Source of the DNA: an uncultured delta proteobacterium
GTDB taxonomy: Bacteria; Myxococcota_A; UBA9160; SMWR01
Direction: 5' to 3'
Assembly (NCBI GenBank): GCA_963832165.1
Contig: CAWHTE010000007.1
Span: 256,001-320,000, forward strand
DNA length: 64,000 bases
Positions 1 to 9,514 of the stretch are shown here, in pieces. The position numbers and the translations under genes were made by a program. The notes under the pieces are model-generated. The model was not told the origin of the DNA. It worked only from the letters and a program-made list of their open reading frames with translations, and did no database searches. Each line of letters opens with the position of its first letter. Within the stretch, counting starts at the first letter, position 1.

Positions 1-3000
1 TGGAGCCCGTGATGGCGTCCACGCCGACGAACGAGCCGTTGATGAACGCGGTCGCGTTCGGCGTGACACCGAAGTTGCCGAATGTTCCGCCGCCGAATGT
101 GATACCCGAGATATCGATCTCGTCGATCCCATCGGCCGGCGCGGGAGACAACGGATTGCCGCAGGCTCGGGTCGATGTAGAGCCGCGATCCAAAGCGGCC
201 GAGCTGCCCGGCGTCTCCGATCGTCGTGCCGCTGAAGGAGAGACCTTCGATATCGGTGTAGCCCTGGATCGAAGACGAGGGCATTCTCGTAGATCGCCGG
301 TCACGTGACGCCGTCGAAGCTACACGACGCAGCGCATCGGTGCTCGACGCCACGGGCATTCCGCCGCTGAGATAGCCGGCGATTCTGGATGCCGTGGTCG
401 GCGCTGAACGCGGGCACTGCCGATGTCGTCCCGGTCACCGTCACACCGGTGAATGCCGCGGCGTTCGCCGGTGTACTCGAACAGCAGGATGTCGCCCGCA
501 CCACCCGATCCCAGCTGGTTGTCGCCATTGCCGCTCGAGTTGGCGAGGTTCGAGATCTCGACGTTGAGCGCGTTACCGCCGCCGTTGATGAAGATGGCGT
601 TCAGGTCGTAACCGGAGGCCACGACGTTGTCGATCGCGATCGTGCCGAGCTGCGTCGCGGAATTGCTGAACGGTGCCGTTGAACCGGATGCCGCGATCCG
701 TGGCGGCCACGAGCGACGAGTCGAGCGTGAGGTTCGAGATCTCCACGCGATCGCTCGCGCCAGGCACGGTCGCACCGTCGATCGTGAACCCCGCGACGCT
801 CACGTCGCTGGCATCGCCCGATGCACCTGTGATGGTCACCGCCACGTCGACGAGGACGTTCTCGTTGTACGTGCCGTCCAAGACCAGGATCGTGTCGCCA
901 TCGCTCGCCGCATTCACCGCCGCCTGGATCGTCGTGAACGAGCCGAACGTGCCGGCTGGTCGACGATGAGAACGGTCGTGTCCGCAAACTCGAGCGACTC
1001 GACGCCGGTCAGCGTGTCGGTGCCGTCGTCGATCGGGTAGCGGCTGCGTTGTCGGCCACGGAGATCCGCGGCGGACCCGTAAGGAAGCTGACCGTGTAGT
1101 CGGCGAAGTCGCCCGAAACGGGCAAGTCGCTGTTAACGCCGTGTCGAGGCTATCGTCGCCCGTGTCGCCCGTGAGCGAATCGTTCGTCGTGCCGCCGGTC
1201 ACCGTGTCGACGCCCGCGCCGCCCGTCAGGGTATCGTTGCCCGATCCGCCATCGATGTGTCGTTCTCGGCTGCCACCTTCGAGCGTGTCGTTGCCACCGT
1301 TACCGTTGATCACCTGCTCCACGCCGGTGACGCCGGAGCCGTCGTACACGTCGTCGCCCGCGCCGCCCGTGAAGGTCACCGTGCTCGGGGTCACGCCCGC
1401 CAGCGACAAGTCGCCCGTCAGCGTCACGGTCGAGCCGTTCGGGTCCGCCGTGATGGCGATGTTCTCGACGCCGCTGACCGTGTCGACCCCGCTGCCGCTG
1501 CGCTCCACGTGAGCTCGAGCTGATTCAGGCCGTTGACGATCCCGGACAGATTCGAAGTCGTACCCACGCCATTGTTGAGCAGGACATTCAGCGTATCCGT
1601 GCCGAGCCCGCCCGTGATCGAGTCGCTGCCGTCACCCACGAACTCGACGAACGTGTCGTTCCCGCCGCCGCCGTTCAGCGTGTCGCTGCCGCCGTTGCCG
1701 ACGATGATCGCGTTCTCGTTGCCGCTCGTGATCACGTTGGCGCCGGCGTCGCCCTGCAGCGCCATCGGGTCCGGCGCGCCCGTCACGTCGATGCCCAGGG
1801 TCGAGAAGTCGATGTTCCCGCCGACCCCGTCGATGTTCACCGCGAGCTGGAAGCTCGTGCTGTCCGCCGTGATCACGACGTTCGACCCCGTGAGGCCGTT
1901 GATATTGTCGTAGTTGATGATCGCGATCGGCACCTTCTCGTAGCTGCCGCTGATCGTGATGTCCGTCAGCGACACGATGCCCAGCGCACCGGTGTCGGAG
2001 CGCATCTGGATCCCGTTCTCCGCGATCGCGACGTTCTGGCCGCCGTTGGAAAGCGTCAGATCCGAAAGGGTCGCGTTCCCGTTGTACTGGAACAGGATGA
2101 TGTCGCCATCGCCGCTCGACGACTGCACCGGATCGCCGGTGTTCTGACCGCCGTTGTCCGTGAACGTCGAATTGCTGATCGTCGATGTTGCCGAGGTTGG
2201 TCCCGTTGAGCACCTCGACGCCGTTGCGGTAGTTGCTCGTGAACGCGGAATCGTCGATCGCGAGCGTGCCCAGCGTCGCGCTGGACGTGAACTGGATGCC
2301 GCTCTGGGTCGCGTCCACGAAGGCGATCCCGCTGATCGAGAGCGTGTCGCCGGCGCCCAGGTCGCTGTCGATCAGGAAGCCGGACTGGTTGGCGCCCGGA
2401 GGCGTCACGATCGTGGCGCCGGGGCCGGAGCTGCCGGACCCGACGATCGTCAGATCCTTCGTGATCGTCACGCTCTCGTTGTACGTACCCGACGAGATCA
2501 GGATCGTGTCGCCGGCGTTCGCCGCATTCACCGCCGCCTGGATCGTCGTGAACGAGCCGAAGGTGCCGGTCTGGTCGACGATCAGAACCGTGGTGTCCGC
2601 GAACACGAGCGACTCTACGCTGGCCAGGGTATCGGTGCCGTCGTTGCCATCGATTCCCGGCTGGTCGTCGACCACCGTGATCTGCGGCGGACCCAGACTG
2701 AAGCCCACCGAGTAATCGGCGAAGTCGCCCGCAAACTGGGCGGTGTCGCTGTTGGCGCCGCCGTCGAGGCTGTCGTCGCCCGCGCCGCCCGTGAGCGAAT
2801 CGTTCCCCGTGCCGCCGGTCACCGTGTCGACGCCCGCGCCGCCCGACAGCGTGTCGTTGCCGATCCCGCCGTCGATCGTGTCGTTGCCGCCGCCGCCCGA
2901 GAGCGTGTCGTTGCCACCGTTGCCGTTGGCCACCTGGTTCACGCCGGTGACGCCGGAGCCGTCGTACACGTCGTCGCCCGCGCCACCCGTGAAGGTCACC

Positions 3001-5167
3001 GTGCTCGGGGAGACGCCCGCCAGCGACAAGTCGCCCGTCAGCGTCACGGTCGAGCCGTTCGGGTCCGCCGTGATGGCGATGTTCTCGACGCCGCTGACCG
3101 TGTCGACCCCGCTGCCCGCTGCGCTCCACGTGAGCTCGAGCTGATTCAGGCCGTTGACGATCCCGGACAGATTCGACGTCGTACCCACGCCATTGTTGAG
3201 CAGGACATTCAGCGTATCCGTGCCGAGCCCGCCCGTGATCGAGTCGCTCCCGTCACCCACGAACTCGACGAACGTGTCGTTCCCGCCGCCGCCGTTCAGC
3301 GTGTCGCTGCCGCCGTTGCCGACGATGATCGCGTTCTCGTTGCCGCTCGTGATCACGTTGGCGCCGGCGTCGCCCTGCAGCGACACCGGGTCCGGTGCGC
3401 CGGACACGTCGAAGTCGAACGCTCCGAAGTTGATGTTCCCGCCGACGCCGTCGAAGACCACCGACTCGTTGAACCGCGTGCTATCGGCCGTGACGTCCAC
3501 GTCCGTAACCGTGAGGTTGTTGACGTCGTCGTAGTTGTTGAACGTAATCGCCCGCTTCTCGTAGAGCCCGCTGACCGTGATGTCCGTTGAGCGTCACGGT
3601 GCCCAGGGAACCCGTATCGGCGCGGAACTGGATCCCGTTCTCCGCGTACTTCGTGTTGGGAGGGATGATCCCGACGGTGCCGTCCTGAGATCCGTTGGTG
3701 AGCGTCAGGTTCGACAGCGACGCATTGCCGCCGTACCCGAAGAACAGGATGTCTCCGTCTCCGCTCGAGCTGTGCACGGGGTCGCCCACGAACTGACCGC
3801 CGTTGTCCGTGAAATTGGAGCCGGTGATCGTCGTGTTGGTGACGGCACTCACCGAGTTCGCCTGGATCTCGATGCCGTTTTGGTAGTTGCTCGTGAAGTC
3901 GCAGTTCGTGATCGTGAGCTGATCGATCCCCGCCGCGCCCGACACCTGGATGCCGCTGCGACCCGCGTCGTCGAACGTGATCCCGCTGATGCGTCAGCGT
4001 GCCCACCGCACCGAGATTCGTGGTCACGACGAAGCCGGACTGGTTGGCACCCGGAGGCGTCACGATCGTGCTGCCCGCGCCGTCGCCGACGATCGTCAGA
4101 TACTTGTCGATCGTTACGTTCTCGTCCCAGGTCCCCGACGCGATCATGATCGTGTCACCGGCGGTCGCTGCATTCACCGCGGCCTGGATCGTTGTGAAGC
4201 CGCCGCCGCCCACCAGCGAGGAAGTCCGGACCGCTGGCGTCCTGAACGCGTCTCGATCTCGGTCAGCGTCTCGGTGCCGTCGGTGCCCGAAGCCACCTGC
4301 CACGCGCTGCCCGTGTACGTGATGTTCGAGGAGAGGAGCTCGTCGCTGTACACCGCGATGTCGCCGAGGCCTGCGCCCTCCGTGACCGCCGTCGATCGTG
4401 TCGGTGCCGCCATTGCCGCGCAGCGTGTCGTTCCCGGTGCCGCCCGAAAGCGCGTTCGCGTTGATGTCGCCCGTCAGCGTGTCGGCGCCGGATCCACCGA
4501 TCGCATTCTCGACGCTCGCCACGGAATCCGTGCCGATCTCCGTGCCGGTGGCCGAGCCGCCTAGCGTCACGCTCACGCCCAGTGTCGTCGCCGACGCGTC
4601 GTAGGTATCGGTGTCATCTCCGCCCGTGATCGTGTCGTTTCCAGCGCCCGCGATGATCGTGTCGTCGCCCGTGCCGCCGCTCTCGATATCGTTGCCCAAC
4701 CCGCCGAGGAGCGTGTCGCTGTTTGCACCACCCGAGAGCGAATCGTTGCCCGCGCCGCCGGTGAGCGTGTCGTCACCGCCGTTGCCGTTGAGCGTGAGCG
4801 GTGTGGTCGAAGTGATTCCCGAGCCGTCGAACGAATCGTCCGATCCACCGCCGGTGAACGTGATCGCGTCGATTGCCGCGAGCGACAGGTTGCCGGACAG
4901 CGTGACGTCGGAGCCGTCCGCGTCGGCGTTGATGATGACGCTCGAGAAGTCCTGGATTTCGAGATCATCATCGCCGACGGTGTTGGCATCGGTGTCGAAG
5001 TTCAGATCGACGACGTCGCTGCCCGTGAGCGGACCCGTGCCAGCCGCGACCGCACCGGTGACGTTCGACTTGGTGCCCAGCGTCTCGTTGTCGAGATTGA
5101 CTGTTAGGCTGTCGTCGTTTCCGTCGAGGTGGTTGACGCCAGACGGCGGGTCGTACGTGATGGGCAT
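1..5167 (-). CDS. Giant RTX-type Ca-binding / right-handed beta-helix repeat protein (probable T1SS-secreted adhesin); split over several frames by indels, 3' end outside window
   Basis: ATG at 5167 with AAGGA RBS. ORF pieces 3353-5248, 3481-3945, 1632-3500, 1424-2128, 573-1508 and 320-775 carry GGxGxDxLxG repeats, and the pectin-lyase-like FTTIQAAVNAAxxGDTI motif occurs three times. No Sec signal. Similar coding sequence (DEIDISGITFGGGTFGNFG) continues to position 1. Confidence 0.85.
1321..1760. repeat. Internal repeat copy A of adhesin gene (near-identical to 2941-3380; looser similarity over about 900-1790)
   Basis: Direct sequence identity at an offset of 1620-1621 bp. Confidence 0.95.
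2941..3380. repeat. Internal repeat copy B of adhesin gene
   Basis: Matches 1321-1760 with few substitutions and one C-run indel. Confidence 0.95.
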
Positions 5168-5222
5168 CGTGTGGTCCTTCGCGGTTGAGCGCGGCCGAGG
5201 CTGCGCGGCGAAATGCCCCGGC

Positions 5223-5265
5223 AACTTACCACCGCGCAGCGGCGACAAGGGGAATTATTTCCCCT
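5223..5265 (-). promoter_or_regulatory. Putative extended -10 (TGnTAAGTT) and adjacent operator-like palindrome AGGGGAA-TTAT-TTCCCCT upstream of adhesin
   Basis: TGGTAAGTT on minus strand 5231-5223; perfect 7-bp inverted repeat 5248-5265. Confidence 0.4.
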
Positions 5266-5537
5266 GTGCGCTGATTAGTCGCGATTTCTTCACCGACCGA
5301 TCGATCGTTCATCGAAAGCACGGGAGTGCTTAGTCGCGGTGAAACGACATTCGCTGCGCGAGCGATCGAAATAACAACAGGCCGGTGCCCTCGTGAGAGG
5401 ACGGTCGGGGACTACACAGGATCGGCGGTACCGATACCGACAGTGCTCGAAGTATCAGGCGAGCAAACCATCGGCTTGACGACCCGTCAGCAGCGACCGA
5501 AATAGCGGTTCAGCACCGCCCGCCGCCGTCGAGCTGA

Positions 5538-6875
5538 CTACTCCTCGTGCAGTGCGCGGAAGAAGCTGTCGGAGAGCGGTGCGATCGCGTAGCGGAAGAA
5601 GGTCCGCTCGCCCGTGACGATCAACACCTCGGCGGGCATGCCGGGCTGGAGCACGACGTCGCTGAACCGCGCGAGCTGATCGGGCGGGATCGAGACATGA
5701 GCCTCGTAGTACGAGACTCCCGTCTCCTTGTCGACGAGCGCGTCCGCCGAGACATGATCCACGCGTCCGACCAGGATCGGGACCACGCGCTGCCGGAACG
5801 CCGTCAGGCGCACGTTGGCCTCGAGGCCCACGCGCACCATCTCGATGTCGGTAGGGCGAATGCGAGCCTCCACGAGCAGGTCGCCACCCGTCGGGACGAT
5901 GTCGAGGATCGCGTCGCCGCGATTGATCACACCCCCGGGCGTGAAATAACGCAGCTTGACGACGGTTCCAGCAATCGGCGCGACGACGTCGCGCCGGGTC
6001 AGCACGTCCGTGGCCGCGCGCAGCGCCTCCTCGGTCTCCGAGAGGCGTTCGCGAACATCGTGCTGTTGAGAAACCACCTCATTGAGCAGATCGCTCTCGG
6101 TCTGGCTGATCTCGAGCCGGGCTTCGCCGATCTTCTGCCGGGCGCGCGCGGCCAGCGCCGCTGAGCTCTGGCGCATCCCCTCGAGCTCGGCGACCTGGCG
6201 GCGGAACTCGAGCAGCCGTGGCTTCGCCTCGAAGCCGCGCTCGACGAGCGTCTCGATGCTCGCCATCTGCTCCCGGACGCTGTCGAGCTGGCGTTCGGTC
6301 GATTCGACCCGAGCGGCGTAGCTCGCCGCCTCGGATTCGAGCTGCACGATCGTCTGCTCGAGGATCGACACGCGACCGAGATACGCCTCTCGGCGCTTGG
6401 CGAAGATGCGCTCCTGGCCGGTGATCAGCTCGTCGACACGAGGCTCGCTTCGCCGGTCCGTCAGCCCCGCTGGAAAGATCACCGCTTCGGCGGTCTCGCG
6501 CTCGGCGCTGAGCCGCGCGTACTCGGCGGAGAGTGCGTCGTGCCGTGCCTGGTACATCTCGCGCGATGCGCGCGACTGCGTCTCGTCGAGACGCAGCAGA
6601 ACGTCTCCCGCCTTCACAGAGTCGCCTTCACGCACCCGGATCTCGCGGATGATCCCCCCCTCGAGGTGCTGCACCGTCTTGCGCTGGTCGCGCACCGCGA
6701 CGTGGCCGGGTGCGACAGCGGCGCTCGAGAGCGGCGCAAGCAGGCTCCACAGCGCGAAGCCCCCGACGAAGAGAACGACGACGGCGGCACCCAGGTAGAG
6801 CTCGCGCTGGAATTGCGGGCCCTCGGCGAGCGCGCGAGCGCTGCGTGCCTCGAAGTCGGTCGCGCCCGTCGTCAT
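5538..6875 (-). CDS. HlyD/PrtE family type I secretion membrane fusion protein
   Basis: N-terminal TM, RKTVQHLEGGII, APIAGTV and LQPGMPAEVLI motifs; ATGA overlap with the ABC gene. Confidence 0.95.
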   Translation of the reverse strand: MTTGATDFEARSARALAEGPQFQRELYLGAAVVVLFVGGFALWSLLAPLSSAAVAPGHVAVRDQRKTVQHLEGGIIREIRVREGDSVKAGDVLLRLDETQSRASREMYQARHDALSAEYARLSAERETAEAVIFPAGLTDRRSEPRVDELITGQERIFAKRREAYLGRVSILEQTIVQLESEAASYAARVESTERQLDSVREQMASIETLVERGFEAKPRLLEFRRQVAELEGMRQSSAALAARARQKIGEARLEISQTESDLLNEVVSQQHDVRERLSETEEALRAATDVLTRRDVVAPIAGTVVKLRYFTPGGVINRGDAILDIVPTGGDLLVEARIRPTDIEMVRVGLEANVRLTAFRQRVVPILVGRVDHVSADALVDKETGVSYYEAHVSIPPDQLARFSDVVLQPGMPAEVLIVTGERTFFRYAIAPLSDSFFRALHEE

Positions 6876-8590
6876 TCACTCGACTCCACCGCGCGCGGGA
6901 AGACGGGGCGGGGAGCGGGTACCGCGGCGGGTTCGACCCTGGCGAGGTTCGCGAGCACCTCGTCGCGCGGGCCGTATTGCTCGATGGCGCCGTCTTTCAA
7001 CACGAGGATTCGATCCATCGCCTGCACGACGCTCATCCGGTGCGCGATCACGATCACGGTGGCGCCGCGCCGCTTCAGATAGGCGAGCGCCTGGATCAGG
7101 GCGTGCTCTCCGTCGGAATCGAGATTGGCGTTCGGCTCGTCGAGCACCACGAGCCGCGGCTCCCGGAAGAGAGCGCGCGCGAGGGCAATGCGCTGGCGCT
7201 GGCCGCCCGACAATCGCCTTCCCGCCGTACCGATCTGCGTGTCGTAGCCCTCGGAAAGGCGCAGGATCATCTCGTGACATCCCGCGAGCTGAGCTGCCTT
7301 CACGACCTCTTCGTCGGTCGCTTCCACCAGTCGCGCGATGTTCTCCCGCACCGAGCCCCCGAAGAGCTCGACGTCCTGCGGCAGGTAGCCGACGTGATGG
7401 CCGAAGTCTTCGCGCGGCCACGTGAAGACATCGGCTCCGTCGAGCCGGACCACGCCCGATACCGGCTTCAGCACGCCGACCAGAATTCGCGCGAGCGTGG
7501 TCTTGCCCGAGCCCGAGGCCCCGATCAATGCCAGCGAACCACCGGCCGGTAGCGAGAAGCCGATCCCCTTCAGCAGCGCCTGCTCGGCCTTCGGGAACGC
7601 ATACACGACTCGCTCGATGTCCAGGCGCCCCTTGGGCGTGGGCAGGGCAGTGCCGCGCTCGCGCAGGCGGGCGCGCCCGAAGAACTCGACGAGGCGGTCG
7701 TACGCCTGGCGCGCGCCGACCAGCTGCCGCCAGGTGAGGATCGCCTGCTCCACGGGCGAGAGGGCGCGCGCGAGGATGATCGAGGCGCCGATCATTCCGC
7801 CCGGCGTCATCTCGTTATCGAGCACGAGGAAGGCGCCCAGCCCGAGCATTCCCATCTGCAGCGCGAGCCGCAGGAAGCGGCTCGTGGAGGCGATCACGCC
7901 GCCGCGATCGCTCGCCACCTGCTGGTCGGTGATCACCTCTTCGCCCTGACGATCCCAGCGCGAGACGATCGGCCCGAACATTCCCATCGCATCGATCACT
8001 TCCGCGTTGCGCAGCGCGTCCTCGGCGCTCCTCGCGTTGGTGATCTGGTTCCAGTTCGCTGCCTTGAGCCGCTCCCGCGTCGTGATCTCATTGAGCACCG
8101 CGAGACCGAGCAGCACGAGAGAACCGACGAGCGCCATCGAGCCGAGCGCCGGGTGGATCAGGAAGATCACCAGCAGATAGATGGGTGTCCACGGGGCGTC
8201 GAAGAAGCAGAGCAACGTGGGGCCGGAGAGAAAGTTTCGCAGCTGCGCGAGGTCTTGCAGCGACTCGGCGCGGTAGGTGTAGCCCTGCAGCTGAGCTTCC
8301 AGAGAACGCGCGAACGTCTCGGGGGCGAGGCTCCGCTCCACCCAGTTGCCGACGCGCACCAGCATGCGGGCGCGCACCCAGTCGAGCGCGGCGAAGGCAA
8401 GCAGAGCCGCAACCGCGATCAGGGTCAGGAACAGAAGCGTATCGGTATTGCGGCTCCCGAGTACGCGATCGTAGACCTGCATCATGTACAGCGGGATGGT
8501 CAGTGCGAGCACGTTCAGCGCGAGGCTGAACGCCGCGGGGTACAGGAGCGCCCGGCGGCAGCGGCGGCGCGCCTCGTCGAGGGTGCTCAG
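6872..8590 (-). CDS. PrtD-like type I secretion ABC permease/ATPase
   Basis: PLYMMQVYDRVL, Walker A GASGSGKT, LSGGQRQR, LDEPNANLD. PrtD-like sequence extends upstream of GTG 8512 to a CTG at 8590 that overlaps the recombinase stop. Confidence 0.93.
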   Translation of the reverse strand: MSTLDEARRRCRRALLYPAAFSLALNVLALTIPLYMMQVYDRVLGSRNTDTLLFLTLIAVAALLAFAALDWVRARMLVRVGNWVERSLAPETFARSLEAQLQGYTYRAESLQDLAQLRNFLSGPTLLCFFDAPWTPIYLLVIFLIHPALGSMALVGSLVLLGLAVLNEITTRERLKAANWNQITNARSAEDALRNAEVIDAMGMFGPIVSRWDRQGEEVITDQQVASDRGGVIASTSRFLRLALQMGMLGLGAFLVLDNEMTPGGMIGASIILARALSPVEQAILTWRQLVGARQAYDRLVEFFGRARLRERGTALPTPKGRLDIERVVYAFPKAEQALLKGIGFSLPAGGSLALIGASGSGKTTLARILVGVLKPVSGVVRLDGADVFTWPREDFGHHVGYLPQDVELFGGSVRENIARLVEATDEEVVKAAQLAGCHEMILRLSEGYDTQIGTAGRRLSGGQRQRIALARALFREPRLVVLDEPNANLDSDGEHALIQALAYLKRRGATVIVIAHRMSVVQAMDRILVLKDGAIEQYGPRDEVLANLARVEPAAVPAPRPVFPRAVESSE

Positions 8591-9198
8591 GGCAGCCAGC
8601 TGTTGCGCCCGCGCATGACCTCGAAGAGGTCGCGGGGCGCGACGCGCGCGATGTAGCGCTCAGTCGTCGCAGAGCTCCGATGGCCGAGCTGGGCCTGGAT
8701 CAGCCCGATCGGTACTCCTTCGCGCGCCAGCTCGGCCACCAGCGTGCGGCGCAGTACCTCGGCCGATATGCGTTTCCCGATCCTCGCCTTCGCGCCGAGC
8801 CGCGTGAACAGCGCGCGTACGTACGAGGGGCTGAGTCGGTCCCCTCGGAGCGTGCAGAACAGCGGAGCTGTCGGCTGGATCTGGAGGGATTTCCTTCTCC
8901 GGATCCACATGTCCAGGACCTGATAGGAGGATGCATCGAGCGCGACCACCCGGCTCGGTCGGCTGACGTGAATCGTCCTGTCGAGACCATCGACGTGCAT
9001 CTCGGCGAGGGAGATCGATTCCGATACGCGGAGCCCACAGCGATACATCACCGTGATCATCGCGCGATTGCGCAGCCCGGTGGACGCTTGGCTCGAGCAC
9101 ACCTCCAACAACCGCCGCACTTCGTCTGGCGTGAGCAGCGCACCACCGTCGGAGCGCGATTCCGGGTCCGCAGTCGTCGAGTGCCCGGTCGTCAACAT
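8587..9198 (-). CDS. Short tyrosine-recombinase-family protein (catalytic domain only, FimB/FimE-sized) with degenerate active site
   Basis: LTPDEVRRLL, LRNRAM..MYRCGLRVSE and IQAQLGH.S..TTERY motifs. HxxR reads EVLR and the GKGxK loop is missing. Start at 9198 (ATG) or 9270 (TTG). Confidence 0.85.
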   Translation of the reverse strand: MLTTGHSTTADPESRSDGGALLTPDEVRRLLEVCSSQASTGLRNRAMITVMYRCGLRVSESISLAEMHVDGLDRTIHVSRPSRVVALDASSYQVLDMWIRRRKSLQIQPTAPLFCTLRGDRLSPSYVRALFTRLGAKARIGKRISAEVLRRTLVAELAREGVPIGLIQAQLGHRSSATTERYIARVAPRDLFEVMRGRNSWLP

Positions 9199-9315
9199 GG
9201 GGGTGCCCCGCGCGTTTGATGCGAGCGTGGACGGGTAACGGATGCTAGTCGAATCCGCTGAACGCACCAACGTATCATGCCCTGTGAACTCTTCGAGGAT
9301 GGAATGAATCGGTCA

Positions 9316-9428
9316 CCTACCAGTTATGACGACTCATGACTCGCCTACCAGTTAAGACTTCTCATTACTCGTTACCAGTGAAGGTTTTTGATTACTCACC
9401 TTCCGGTCGAGGCTTTTCATTGCTGCTT
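9316..9428. repeat. Tandem array of four degenerate 27-28 bp units with inverted arms (recombinase core-site-like)
   Basis: CCTACCAGTTATGACGACTCATGACTCG / CCTACCAGTTAAGACTTCTCATTACTCG / TTACCAGTGAAGGTTTTTGATTACTCA / CCTTCCGGTCGAGGCTTTTCATTGCTGC; units 1 and 2 are 24/28 identical, units 2 and 4 are 19/28. Confidence 0.85.
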
Positions 9429-9514
9429 GAGCAGCCCGTCCCCCAAAGGGGGTATACACGCCGCCGAATTCATGGGAGTGTCGTCGAGCGGCCAGACCGC
9501 GAAGATTCGAAGAC

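Noticed and set aside
1..4400. Multiple frameshifts in the adhesin gene read as a pseudogene or programmed frameshifting
   Set aside because: Comparing the repeat copies shows single-base losses in short runs (GCTGCCGCTG at ~1491 vs GCTGCCCGCTG at ~3111), and errors increase toward the window edge. This is typical of low-coverage long-read indels; read data are needed to decide.
9316..9428. 28-bp array as a CRISPR array
   Set aside because: The units are contiguous with no unique spacers, and there are no cas genes in the window.
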